64,000 bases of DNA. It comes from Octopus sinensis (Eukaryota). Below the pieces are notes generated by a model, which saw nothing but the letters and a program-made list of their open reading frames with translations, did no database searches and was not told the origin of the DNA. The stretch covers positions 22,196,001-22,260,000 of the forward strand of contig NC_043013.1 of NCBI RefSeq assembly GCF_006345805.1, read 5' to 3'. How positions within the stretch are numbered: position 1 is the first letter of the stretch; each line of letters starts with the position of its first letter. The translations under genes and the position numbers were made by a program. Shown piece after piece: positions 25,709 to 37,591 of this stretch.

Positions 25709-27146
25709 GAGCAAGAGAGCAGTGCATGCCATCAAAGTGACACTGGGGTTCAAATATACGTACACCAGGCACATGCATCACAACCATATGTGCACGACAT
25801 GGTGATCTGATATCAAGATAAACAGCACATGACCTTGCAGGTGGAGCCCAAGATCTCAGTTAATTTGTCATAAGATTAACCCTGTTTCGTAATCAGAATC
25901 ATTCTAGGATTAGGGCGATGATGATGATGGTGGTGGTGATGAAGATGGTGATGGTGATGATGGTGCTGGTGATGATGATGGTGATGCTGATGGTGATGGT
26001 GATGATGATGAGGGTGATGATGATGTTAATGGTGATTCCAGAAATTATTTCAAAGATTTGTTCCACACCTCAACAAACAATAAATTTTTCTGGTGCAAAT
26101 CTTTGAGAAATGTAATATGTGATAATATAGAATGGTAAGTTGTAATATTAAGTTTAGGAGCTAAATAATATTTAATCATAAGGTTTTGTATCAAAATAAC
26201 TTTTTTTATAAATTTATATTTTTTTTTTGTCACTCCCAAATGCTTTATCTTCTTTAGAATGGTGACGCCAAAGTGTTGGATATATGGATTGGTTCAGAAG
26301 TATTTCTGTCTCTTTTTTTTTTTATTCCTATTTATTACAAAGAGATTTTCTAACAAGGTCTAAGAGTTTCCCTTATTAAGAGGAAAAACCCGAAAAATAC
26401 TAAAAATCCATTCTTTTGAACCTCCTTGTATATGTATGTGTTGTACACACAATCACACAAACATGTATATATACATACAAAGATGCATACATACAAACAC
26501 ATATATATATATGCATACACATACATATATATGTGTATGTGTATGTAAATATGTACACAGATGTGTGTGTATATATATATAAATTGTACACAGTCATACA
26601 AACATGTATTTATATATATATATACATAGATGCATACATACAAACACACTGACACACACACACATATACATATATATATATATGCATACACATACATATA
26701 TGTGTGTATGTATATATATGTGCACATTATATATATATATATGTACAGGTGTGTGTATAAATAAATAGATAAATGGGGTAAGATAAATGTATGCCCTTCC
26801 CCCCATAGAGAGTCAAAGGTGAACAGGTTTCGTGAGAATTGAACCCTGCAACTCTCATCTGCCAAAACAACCATTTTACTAATTACAGCAAAGAGATTCT
26901 GAACAAATTAATCTTCCAATTAGCACCTACAGACATTTCAACAATAAATTTGTAATTGGTAAAACAATTTGTTTGACCTGCAACACTTGTGGTTCAACTC
27001 CCTCGAGGGACCTGTTTGTCTTTCTCTCTCTTATTCTCTGATCATTAATGTGTAAACCATTCAATTCAAAACCCTCTACTGTACATGATACAACTGATAT
27101 ATATATATATATGTATTAGAAGGTTTGGAGATGATGTACAGGTATT

Positions 27147-27310
27147 ATATATTAGAAGAAATGAGGTATTCAGAAATCTGGATGTTTTTTTTATATTTAC
27201 AGATATTTATTAGTATGTCATATGATTTATAAAAACATGTGACATACTAATAAATATCTGTAAATATAAAACCATCCAGATTTCTGAGTACCTCATTTCT
27301 TCTAATATAT
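27147..27310. repeat. Foldback element with ~72-bp arms; the right arm recurs at about 58905-58980
   Basis: tattagaagaaatgaggtattcagaaatctggatg... pairs with ...catccagatttctgagtacctcatttcttctaata. Confidence 0.88.
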
Positions 27311-27404
27311 ATATATATATATATGATTTACAGGTTACCTATAAGTTATATATGTCTATATTGCTTGGTAATACAAACAGGAAAATAGAATACAAATCAT
27401 GAGT

Positions 27405-27606
27405 GGTCCTTTATTCTTTTATTTGTTTCAGTCTTTTGACTGTGGCCATGCTGGAGCACCACCTTCAGTCGAACAAATCGACACCAGGACTTAGTCTTTG
27501 TGAGCCTAGTACTTATTCTGCGGGTCTCTTTTTGCTGAACCGCTAAGTTGCGGGGATGTAAACACACCAACATCAGTTGTGAAGCGATGGTGGGGAGACA
27601 AACACA

Positions 27607-27645
<39 letters not shown>

Positions 27646-27780
27646 ACATACACACACACACACACTCAAACATATATATATACATGACAGGCTTCTTTCA
27701 GTTTCCCTCTACCAAATCCACTCACAAGGCTTTGGTCGGCCTGAGGCTATAGTAGAAGACACTTGCCCAAGGTACCACAC
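27405..27780 (-). mobile_element. SINE family B copy
   Basis: Well-conserved reverse complement of the family B body and tail. Confidence 0.8.
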
Positions 27781-28346
27781 ATATATGTATATATATATAT
27801 ATTTAATTTAATTCGCAGAAGTGACTTTCAGACTGAGAGTTGCATGTGTAGGCAATTATCAAACCGTTTGATAAGTACCAATGCATGGAAGTTGGTCTTT
27901 GAGTTACTTTCTACCTTCTGCTACTTAAACATAAAAATATATTTACTCATGTTTTGACTCCCATTTCCCTGTTTGTATTACCAAACCACCACCAAAGACC
28001 CACCCACCCCCCCACACACACACACATGCATGTTTGTCTGAAGAATTTGTGATTTACTTTTGCATTCCCCAAAGCTTTCCAGATATGGAGAAATACAAGA
28101 CTGACTTTTCAGCCATTGTTGATCGGAGGTTTACTTTCACTTTCACATCAATAGAGATTTGGGAAATGTAGATTTTAAGTCTCAAACAGTTACAAGAAAA
28201 CATATAGAATCTTCATGTCATGTATTGAGTGCTCTTTTTTTTTTGGTTCCTCTCCATATATCTGTCTGTCTATAAATCTTGCTATCCATCTACTTAATAC
28301 ATGTGTTTACACACACACACACACACATAATATGATATTGTAATAT

Positions 28347-28398
<52 letters not shown>

Positions 28399-28417
28399 TA
28401 TAATATATACACACTTG

Positions 28418-28495
<78 letters not shown>

Positions 28496-29017
28496 TATGA
28501 ACTGTATAACTGTTTGTATATCTCCTTCTATTGTATTTGTACAACAATTTATGTAATGTCTGACAGCATTGAATGACTATTGTCATACCTTACTCGTGTG
28601 TATTACTGTATCACTTCTTACGGTGATGTATAACCATTTTAAAGATCTCCTACAAAAATCTGTAAACAGTTTTCTGTGCATTTGTTTGTTTTTTGTTGTT
28701 GTTGTTTTTGTATAGTATATCTGTTTTGGAAACATCCCCTCCCTCCTCCACATACACTCCCCTACACTTCAAGCAAAAAGTCACAACGTGTTCATGGCAT
28801 CCGTATTATATTAAAGATTCCTTCATCAATGAATCTTACCAGAAACGAATGTTGCTCTGTGTTTTTTTATGTATGTGTATATATCTTGTCATACACACAC
28901 ACACACACACACACGCACGCATACAAATCTGTGTGTGTATGTGTGCGTGCATGTTATGTGTGTATGTGCTCTTGTGCGTGTGTGTGTGTGTGTGTGTCAG
29001 TATGTGTACATAAACGG

Positions 29018-29860
29018 CCATCGAGCAAGCTGGCAGAAACGTTTGCACGCAGGGCGAAATGCTTAGCGTTATTTCGTCTGCCGCTACGTTCTGAGTTCAA
29101 ATTCCGCTGGGGTCGACTTTGCCTTTCATCCTTTCGGGGTCGATTAAATAAGTACCAGTTACGCACTGGGGTCGATATAATCGACTTAATCCGTTTGTCT
29201 GTCCTTGTTTGTCTTCCCTGTGTTTAGCCCCTTGTGGGTAGTAAAGAAATAAGTATGTGTACATAAACGATGTACAGTGATACAGTAGTGGGACCTCCAA
29301 GAAATATTTCAGCTACCATCACTATGTTGATGCTTCGATATTCATTGTCTGACCTTATTATTTGTTAATAACCGAATTCCTTGCTCTTAATTCTGCCTTA
29401 TTAAAGTTTCGTCCGTATTTTTGTTTTGTTGTTGTTCTTACAGCAGGTTTCTGGGGCTCCAGTATTGAGCCATGCGAAAGCAGCAAGCTGGCAGAAATGT
29501 TAGCATGCCGGGCGAAATGCTAAGCAGTATTTCATCTGTCTTTACGTTCTGAGTTCAAATTCCGTTGAGGTTGACTTTGCTTTTCATCCTTTTGGGGTCG
29601 ATAAATTAAGTACCAGTTACGCACTGGGGTCGATGTAATCGACTTAATCCGTTTGTCTGTCCTTATTTGTCCCCTCTGTGTTTAGCCCCTTGTGGATAGT
29701 AAAGAAATAAGTATTTCATCTGTCTTTACGTTCTGAGTTCAAATTCCGACGATGTTGACTTTGCTGTTCATCCTTTTGGGATCAATAAATTAAGTACCAG
29801 TTGCATATTGGGGTTGATCCCCCAAAATGTCAGGCCTTATGTCTAGAGCAGAAAAGAATA
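29018..29860 (+). mobile_element. SINE family A copies (29018-29252, 29480-29710, and a partial tandem copy 29711-29860)
   Basis: A-box-like tggcagaa, B-box-like gagttcaaattcc; high identity to each other and to 5640-5835. Confidence 0.85.
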
Positions 29861-30223
29861 TTGAACCAAGCATCATATAACTAACATTGGATTCAAATTT
29901 TGGCACAAGACCAGCAATTTCAGGGGGCGGGGTGGGGATAAATCAATTCCATCAACCTTCAGTATATGACTGGTACTTATTTTATCAACCTGAAAAGGAC
30001 AAAAGGCTAAGTCAACCTTGGTGGCATTTGAACCCAGAACGTAAAGACACATGTAATATCACTAAGCATTTTGCCCAACGTGCTAACAATTCTATCAACT
30101 GACCAACCTCTCATGCAACTAATATTAAAATGGACCCTAAAGTAGCATTTCGACCATTTTTCTGTTCTGAGATGAAATTACCAGTGGCCTAGCGCAAAGA
30201 AATTAGTCAATGGACTATATATT

Positions 30224-30712
30224 ATTCATATAAAATACCGTGTACATTAAAACACATTAAGAGGCTTCCATCATTGGAAATAAAAATTTCTATAATTCTT
30301 ATTACCCTAATATTACTTATTATGTTTAAATGATTTTTGATAAATTTGTTCGAGGTTTTACCGGCATCATCTCTGTTGCCGGAAATAAGCTGCGTCTGCG
30401 CGGTGGATTTGAAAAGTTAGAATATACAAATAATGAGTTTACATGAGGAATCGATCTCGTTGTGTGTATATTTAAAATCTAAAGGCTACCTACTGATGAA
30501 GACTGGCCTCAGTAAATCATTTTTTTACTGAAATAAGTCAGAAATCATGGTCTAGGAACTAAACTGGATGGTAAATGTTTTTAATTTTCATTCCCTTCGA
30601 GGATTTATCCCTAATTAGTGGTTTGAGTCGTTTACTGCTATTTCTAGCGCAAGGCTTTGCTATGATAGAAGCCTCTTAATGTGTTTTAATGTACACGGTA
30701 TTTTATATGAAT
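30224..30712 (+). mobile_element. Non-coding mini-PLE-like element with perfect 45-bp inverted termini and an internal hammerhead
   Basis: 30224-30268 equals the reverse complement of 30668-30712. Confidence 0.75.
30489..30556 (+). ncRNA. Type I hammerhead ribozyme motif
   Basis: ccta CTGATGA agact..tcagtaaa/tttactga..agtca GAAA tcatg GTC tagg; stem I is ccta/tagg. Confidence 0.72.
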
Positions 30713-30906
30713 ATATATATATGTGTGTGTATGTGTATGTATATATATATATAAATATATATATATACATACATACATACATACATACATATACACACAA
30801 ACATATATATATATAAAAAGAGAAGAACAGCAAACACAAAAAAAAACAACGCGCGTCGTGGTACATGTAAAGTATTAGCAGACGCTCAGGGAAGGAAAGA
30901 AAGATA

Positions 30907-30941
30907 GTTTAACGTTTCGGGCAACGTTCTTCTTCAGAAAC
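30907..30941 (-). ncRNA. Minimal hammerhead-like motif in a short PLE pLTR fragment (about 30830-30990)
   Basis: Minus strand gttt CTGAAGA A gaacgttgccc GAAA cgtt aaac; stem II is decayed. Confidence 0.5.
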
Positions 30942-31020
30942 AGAGGGAAGTCCACTAGAAAGGAAAATGGAGGAAGAAAATCGTCAACGATTCATATAGA
31001 TAGATAGAGAGAGAGAGATG

Positions 31021-31063
<43 letters not shown>

Positions 31064-32295
31064 CGGCCATACTGGGGAACCTTCAAAGCAGTGCCCCAGC
31101 ATGGACTTAAATCGACCTAAGTATTTATTTTTACAAGCCCGATCCTTATCCTATCGGCATCTTTTGCAGAACATGCATGCATGTATGTGAGTACCGCAGA
31201 TTTCATTCAGTTTCTCTCTACCAAATCCACTCACAAGACTTTAGTCGGCCCAGTGCTATTGTAGAAGACATTTTGCTCAAGATGCCACACATTGAAACTG
31301 AACTCCAAACCATGTGACTGGTAAACGAACCTTTTACCACACAATCGCATCTGCAGCTGTGTGTGTGTGTGTGTGTGTGCGTGCGTGCCAATGCGGTTGC
31401 GTGGTAAGAAGTTTGCGTACAACGCGTCCCTCTCATCAGGTGTTAGATGGACACATCTCGGTGGAGACCCATGAATCTTGAAATCATGCGGAGCTGAATC
31501 AGACTTGTCAAAAACATATATGGAACTTCTACCAAACGTGCTGAGTGCCACCTACCCATCTACACACACACACACACCGGGAGAGAGATGATAGGGTTCT
31601 ATACAGCTTGTCTCCCAAATTTTCTTCACAAGACTTTGCTGAGGCCAAGAATCACTTGGCTAAGGTCTGATACAGTTTCATAGAATCCAAACGCACATGG
31701 TACTGACATGACCTCCACAACCACACAGTCACACCGGAACGTATTCATATCTAGGAATATAAAATCAATTTGGCAACAAGCAGTGTGATGTGTGTTTATA
31801 ATAGAAAATTCCATCTTTCATCTTGCAAGCATATTTCTTCATCGAATCCATTTGAATTCCAATGTGATTATTATGTCCTTAAAATATGCAATCACAATAT
31901 GTGAAGTGCTGTCTCATTCTGCTTTATAATATATACATTTAAAGTAATGTTGTCTGAGAAATCAATAAAACTAATGCCATGAATTAATTTGCAGTTAGCT
32001 TTGTTCATTTGGAACTTTGCTGCTAAACTCGAAACGATTATGACTGCATTTCTTTAAATCAACGATAGACGCGTGAAACAGCTCGCCCTGACACCATCTT
32101 GGAATATTTGCTTAGAAATTTCACCTAAATGGATGCAGAGAGTTGAAAGCTGGCTAGTGATGGGGTTGAGCACCAGCTAAATACAAAGTATTGAGTACTT
32201 CTCTAATTTGCGAAACAAAAAATATGTATACATATATATGTATTCCCTCCACCACCCACTAATTTAGACATACACTCTCACACACATTACATATA

Positions 32296-32324
<29 letters not shown>

Positions 32325-32329
<5 letters not shown>

Positions 32330-32457
32330 GGGAGAGTTTACGAAAAAGCAAAAGACGAAGACAGGTGGTGTACAAAACAAACAGATGTATTAGTATAACG
32401 CTCAGGAATAGAAAAAGTCTTTTACATTTTGAGCCTACGCTCTTCTACAGAAAGGGA
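32325..32457 (-). mobile_element. Short pLTR-family fragment with CTGTAGA hammerhead variant
   Basis: Reverse complement matches 52570-52697 and 39290-39430. Confidence 0.65.
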
Positions 32458-32714
32458 CATATATATATGTGTGTGTATACATATATATATACACACACAC
32501 ACATACATACATAAATACATAATACATACATACGTGTATATATGTGTGTGTGTGTGTATACACGCTCATTTATTTTTTCATATACGCACAACAGCTTAAA
32601 CTGTTGACACGCCATCAAAGTGACGCTCTGGCACAAATATACGAAGCCCAATATATCCACCATCACTGATAAACGTACACCAGTCACATGCATCACAACC
32701 ATATGAGCGCAGTA

Positions 32715-33424
32715 AGTTTTAACGTTCTCGCTCACTTACGCTGTTTACAGCAGTAATTGGAAGGAAGGTGTGTAGCTTGTGATCGTCGCATGTCATGGTG
32801 ATACCTGCTCAGAGGCAAAGTTGCAGAAAGTATATGGAGAGGAGTGTAAGAGGCACACACAAGTGTACGAGTGGTTCAGACGTTTCCAAGATGGCCGGAA
32901 AATGTCGATAGTGACGAACGCTCTCGGAGACCCGCAACTAGCAGAACTGAGAAAAACATCGCGGCTGTGAGGTGAAATCGTCGAATCACCATCCATGAGT
33001 TATCAGAGGATGTGCAGATTAGTTGTGGTTCATTAAAGATTTAGGTATGAGACGTGTGTCTGCCAAAACTGCTTTCGGCTGACCAAAAAGACACTTTCAG
33101 TTGCACAAGATCTCCTTGATCGTGTCGAGAACGATGAAAACTTTTTGAAAACATTGCATAGGCCTCTGAGCAGGTATCACCAAGCTTTCGGCAAAATTTG
33201 ATGCAGATTCTTTGCTCAACTTTCTCTGTCATGGTTAATGCGACGATCACCCGCTACACACGTTCCTTCCAAGCACTGCTGAAAACAGCAGGACTGAGCT
33301 AGAACGCTAAAATTTAGTGCGCATGAACAGCAGAGTTCAAGGTCAATCTGTGCCAAGCGGCTTCACTCTGCGTGCTTTAGCTTCCATACTATGTCTACAG
33401 TCCGGATACTTATTGATCAGACCA

Positions 33425-33425
<1 letters not shown>
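32715..33425. mobile_element. Mariner-derived non-autonomous element with an inverted duplication of its 5' region
   Basis: Plus strand has HTH remnants (KVYGEE...QVYEWFRRFQDGR); minus strand has MTEKVEQRICIKFCRKLGDTCSEAY; 32715-32810 mirrors 33160-33310. Confidence 0.8.
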
Positions 33426-33463
<38 letters not shown>

Positions 33464-33494
33464 GGAGTTAACGCAGGTGTAATCAAATATTTTT

Positions 33495-33580
33495 ACTTTC
33501 GACACATGTTTCGAAAATTCCACTGATACTATTCAAAAGAATAAATGGTATAAACAATGCAATCTTCTCCTCAGGAAAGT
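33495..33580 (-). ncRNA. Type I hammerhead ribozyme in the inverted left pLTR
   Basis: Reverse complement of 35452-35537. Confidence 0.85.
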
Positions 33581-33642
33581 GAAAAAAACGAAACTCGTCA
33601 ATAAGACATTTTAGCAAAAAATGATGGATTTGTATAGCGATA

Positions 33643-35250
33643 GTTGACTGGTTTAGTTCTATTAACAATAAGGTGAGTACTAAGTTTATCCAGTTTGATA
33701 TTTCCAATTTTTATTCATCTATCAATCCAATAGTACTTAATAAGGCACTTTGGCTTGCTCATAACAAAGCTGGTCTCACCCGAGAAGAAATTAATGTTGT
33801 GTTGGCAGCCAGAAGATCTATTATTAAATTTGATGATAAGTTGTGGGTCCGTAAAGACACACCAGATAGTTTCGATATACCAATGGGAAGTTCTGATTCA
33901 GCACAGATAGCTGATTTGGTCTGTATATATATTCTTTTTGAAATGGCTGAAGAGTTCCCTAACATTTATGGAGGTCTATATCGTGATGATTGTTTACTTT
34001 ACCTCCAAAATGTTTCCAACCAAAAGGTACAAAAAGTTAAGAATAGTTTAGTTAATTTTTTCAGTAGAATGGGCTTAAAAATCGTTTTTGATGACGATAT
34101 GACGAAGGCCAACTTTTTAGATATTACGCTTAATTTACACAGTAACTCTTACTTCCCATATCGTAAACCGTTGACCAATCTTAAGAACATTAGCAAATTT
34201 AGTAATCATCCTGGAGCAATTACTAAGAACTTAGTTAAGAATATTTCATTTAGATTATCTAAATTATCTGCTAATGTTGATATTTTCAATAATAACGCTG
34301 ACTTCTATAACTCTGCCTTAATCAAAGCAGGTTATACAGAGAAAATTGTCTACATTGATTCTGCTCAGTCTAATTGTAAATTCAATAATGTAGATAAGAT
34401 TTCTAGTCGTAAAAGAATTATTGATAACAAACATAACTTACGCACCGATACAAAGCGAATGAAGGCAGATAACCCTTATTTAATCCCCTATTATCGATCT
34501 AAAAGTAAATATAACACCTTCAAAAGTAATTACGCTATGAATACTAGTAAAAATATTTGGTTAATAATTCCTTACGGGAGACAAATTAAATCTAATCTCC
34601 CACTGCTGTTTCGTCAAGCTATTGCTAGGAATTTTCCAAACAATTCTAGATATTACTCTATAATCAATTCACATAAGGTTAGGATAGGTTTTTCAAACAC
34701 AAAAAATCTCTTGCAAATTATCTCTTCTCATAATAACAAACTATTAAATATTAATACATTTACTAATACTAACATTAATTTAACTAATACCATCCAACCC
34801 TCTAGAAATATTAATAACAAGGTTATTGTATCTGAAGTCAATTCCAATAGAATCAAGTTTATGTCAAGTAACTCTAAGATTAAAAATTCTATATACCAGT
34901 GTATAATCAGTACTCGTAATAAAGTACGATTTTACATTGGAAGCACATCGTTAGAGTTATCTAAAAGAATTTCTATCCATTACTCAACATTTAGGGATAG
35001 AAATAAACGGAATAGTACCGGTCTCAGCAAACTGATTTGGGATTTAAAAGACCATAATGAACAATTTCATTTAGAATGGTTGATTCTCTCAATTTCGATA
35101 CCATATGACAAAGGCAAGAAATTCTGTCTTCTCTGCAATTCTGAGCTATTTTTCATTACTTTTTCTAAAAATACTCTAGTAAACACGGTTATAGAGCGAG
35201 CATACAGATGTAAGCATTGGCAAAAACATACATTTAGTTCATATAAGTAG
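33643..35250 (+). CDS. PLE reverse transcriptase (N-truncated) plus C-terminal GIY-YIG endonuclease
   Basis: VDWFSSINNK..FIQFDISNFYSSI, PMGSSDSAQIADL, YRDD, ANFLDITL; endonuclease IYQC...FYIGST...KRISIHYSTF; C-terminal CLLC...CKH; no internal stops. Confidence 0.93.
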   Translation, partial: VDWFSSINNKVSTKFIQFDISNFYSSINPIVLNKALWLAHNKAGLTREEINVVLAARRSIIKFDDKLWVRKDTPDSFDIPMGSSDSAQIADLVCIYILFEMAEEFPNIYGGLYRDDCLLYLQNVSNQKVQKVKNSLVNFFSRMGLKIVFDDDMTKANFLDITLNLHSNSYFPYRKPLTNLKNISKFSNHPGAITKNLVKNISFRLSKLSANVDIFNNNADFYNSALIKAGYTEKIVYIDSAQSNCKFNNVDKISSRKRIIDNKHNLRTDTKRMKADNPYLIPYYRSKSKYNTFKSNYAMNTSKNIWLIIPYGRQIKSNLPLLFRQAIARNFPNNSRYYSIINSHKVRIGFSNTKNLLQIISSHNNKLLNINTFTNTNINLTNTIQPSRNINNKVIVSEVNSNRIKFMSSNSKIKNSIYQCIISTRNKVRFYIGSTSLELSKRISIHYSTFRDRNKRNSTGLSKLIWDLKDHNEQFHLEWLILSISIPYDKGKKFCLLCNSELFFITFSKNTLVNTVIERAYRCKHWQKHTFSSYK

Positions 35251-35451
35251 TCTCTATCATTATATATAATTTAAACTTTAATTTCCTTTATATTTAACAT
35301 TCACTATTAATATCCCTACTCTTTCTGTTAGCTACTTATGACGTTCTATCATATAACGTTTTTTTAAACAATATTAATAGCGTTCTTTCTATCGCAATAC
35401 AAATCCATCATTTTTGCTAAACTGTCTTATTGACGAGTTTCGTTTTTTTTC

Positions 35452-35537
35452 ACTTTCCTGAGGAGAAGATTGCATTGTTTATACCATTTATTCTTTTGAA
35501 TAGTATCAGTGGAATTTTCGAAACATGTGTCGAAAGT
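35452..35537 (+). ncRNA. Type I hammerhead ribozyme in the 3' pLTR
   Basis: actttc CTGAGGA gaagatt..tattc-tttt-gaata..aattttc GAAA c-atgt-g TC gaaagt; predicted cleavage after C35531. Confidence 0.88.
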
Positions 35538-35724
35538 AAAAATATTTGATTACACCTGCGTTAACTCCATTTTTTTATTCATATTATTCAAAATATTCAA
35601 CGTAAACACGAAGTTTCTACCTTTATAAACAAGGAGTTACAACACCTTTACTTGTGAGATTTTTTGCTGCCCTGGTAACTATTTTTTTTTTTCCGTGTTA
35701 ATTGTTAACAAGGTAAAAATACAC

Positions 35725-35771
<47 letters not shown>

Positions 35772-35777
35772 ATATAT

Positions 35778-35808
<31 letters not shown>

Positions 35809-35816
35809 TATTTTAA

Positions 35817-36286
35817 AGGTTACATGTATTAAAGCGCCACTAATAGTTTCATACGTTGAGAGAGATCAAAATTCTTCAGGCGCAAACCACATATCATAAC
35901 GAAGTAAAGAAATTGAATGATAGAAGATACGCGAAATATAACCTGAGTATGTAGTTTATTCGATGGTGTTGGTATCTTCTGAGAAGAGTAATCCATATGT
36001 GGCACATTATATACCTCCTAACGCTGGCTTTTCACCGCAAATTCATACTGCCATATGATTGCTGTGATTGCTTGTTAAGTTGAGTGACTCTAATGATTCA
36101 ACCAAGTTTCGCGTTATTATGGAATTATACCGCATGGATTACTCTAAGAACCATCGAATAATCTAAACCTCAGGATATTTTTCGCGTTTCTTCTATCATT
36201 CAATTTCTTTAGTTCGTTATGATACGTGATTTGCACCTGAAACATATGAAACTATTGGTAGCGCTTTAATACCAGTATTGTGACCT
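35817..36286. mobile_element. MITE/foldback element with ~170-bp imperfect terminal inverted repeats
   Basis: aggttac..tattaaagcgc..atcataacgaa..aaagaaattgaatgatagaaga mirrored at 36130-36286. Confidence 0.8.
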
Positions 36287-36345
36287 CAAATAAATAATAT
36301 CTATCTCTCACCAGATGAAGTACATATTTATTCAATTTTCTATCA

Positions 36346-36430
<85 letters not shown>

Positions 36431-36434
<4 letters not shown>

Positions 36435-36903
36435 GTAATATATGGCACAACGAAGTACTGATATTTACTGGAAAATAGCGAACGTAATAAATACGACGCT
36501 AATGTATAACTTCACCGCGTATGTACTAGCAAAAATGCGTGTGTGCAACAAACTTGAAAAAAATTGTCTTACCTCCAGGGAGAACATCTGAAAGATGAAA
36601 TACCTAGAAAGGGATAATGTGGGACCGGTTTCAGATTTTTCAAGATATGTCTGCACACATATACTTGATTTATCTTCATCAGCCAACATATACCCGACAA
36701 CATTTCAGATGTTGCCACATCAATGCCAATACACTCGACTGAAACGCCAAAACGCTGACAGAACGAGAACAGTGAAGAAGTTTCAATAAAAATAGTAATG
36801 CAATACGAGAGTATTGCTTTCCAGTAAAGAATAGCCGTGAGGGAAAATTATGCATAGAAGTAAATATATGGCACAACGAAGTACCGATATTTACTGGAAA
36901 ATA
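36431..36903 (-). mobile_element. 426-bp non-coding unit with ~47-bp terminal direct repeat and an intact hammerhead (retrozyme/mini-PLE-like)
   Basis: 36431-36477 is repeated at 36856-36903; (TA)n on both sides. Confidence 0.75.
36617..36689 (-). ncRNA. Type I hammerhead ribozyme
   Basis: Minus strand atgttgg CTGATGA agat-a-aatcaag-tatatg-tgtgcaga-catat-cttg-aaaa-atct GAAA ccg GTC ccacat; stem III is the palindrome ACCGGT. Confidence 0.88.
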
Positions 36904-37528
36904 TATATATCAATGCAGTTACTAATAAGAAGAGTTGCAATTAAAGAATGCAAGATTTCACTGCTCTCGCATCACTCGTTCATAGGCACTTTTCAGCCCA
37001 CCCTGCATGCATGTATGTATGAGTGTATGCATACGAGAAGTGGCAGCAAGAATATATAGTTACCAGGAAATCTCGTGTATACTCAGCTACGGAGGGTAGT
37101 GTATAATATCCGATTGCTCGTTGAATACGTAATCATGAATATATATATATTTGATGTGATTTATCTCCAGTTTCTGTTCTGCTCAGTGAATGCTAGACAA
37201 ACTTTCCTGTCAACAACACAGAACAATCATATTTATTAATTATTGATAGCTTTTTAAATCGTATTATATCATCGATATGAAAGCAGTCAAGTTTTGCCAA
37301 GATTTCTTTAACATCGCTAAGGTTGTGGCTATTGAATAAATATAGATTGTAGGGTCATCAATCCGGGCCAGAATTTGGTTGAAGTAATCTGATGCAGTGA
37401 AGTGATAGTTTTCTTGTGCATAACTGCGTGTATATATGTGGACATTTTTACATGCATGCGTTCGCAGAGCAGTGCTTGTATTGGTGAATATTGAGCTGTG
37501 ACTGCAAAGCACAACATTCACACACACG

Positions 37529-37574
<46 letters not shown>

Positions 37575-37591
37575 CATATGCATATGCGTGA

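Larger units (their letters stand above)
33457..35576 (+). mobile_element. 5'-truncated Penelope-like element with inverted pseudo-LTRs
   Basis: 33457-33643 is the reverse complement of 35389-35576 with about 4 differences; encloses an RT + GIY-YIG ORF; inserted next to (TA)n. Confidence 0.95.

Noticed and set aside
31380-31470. CTGATGA on the minus strand as another hammerhead
   Set aside because: No GAAA/stem III or closing stem I could be folded.
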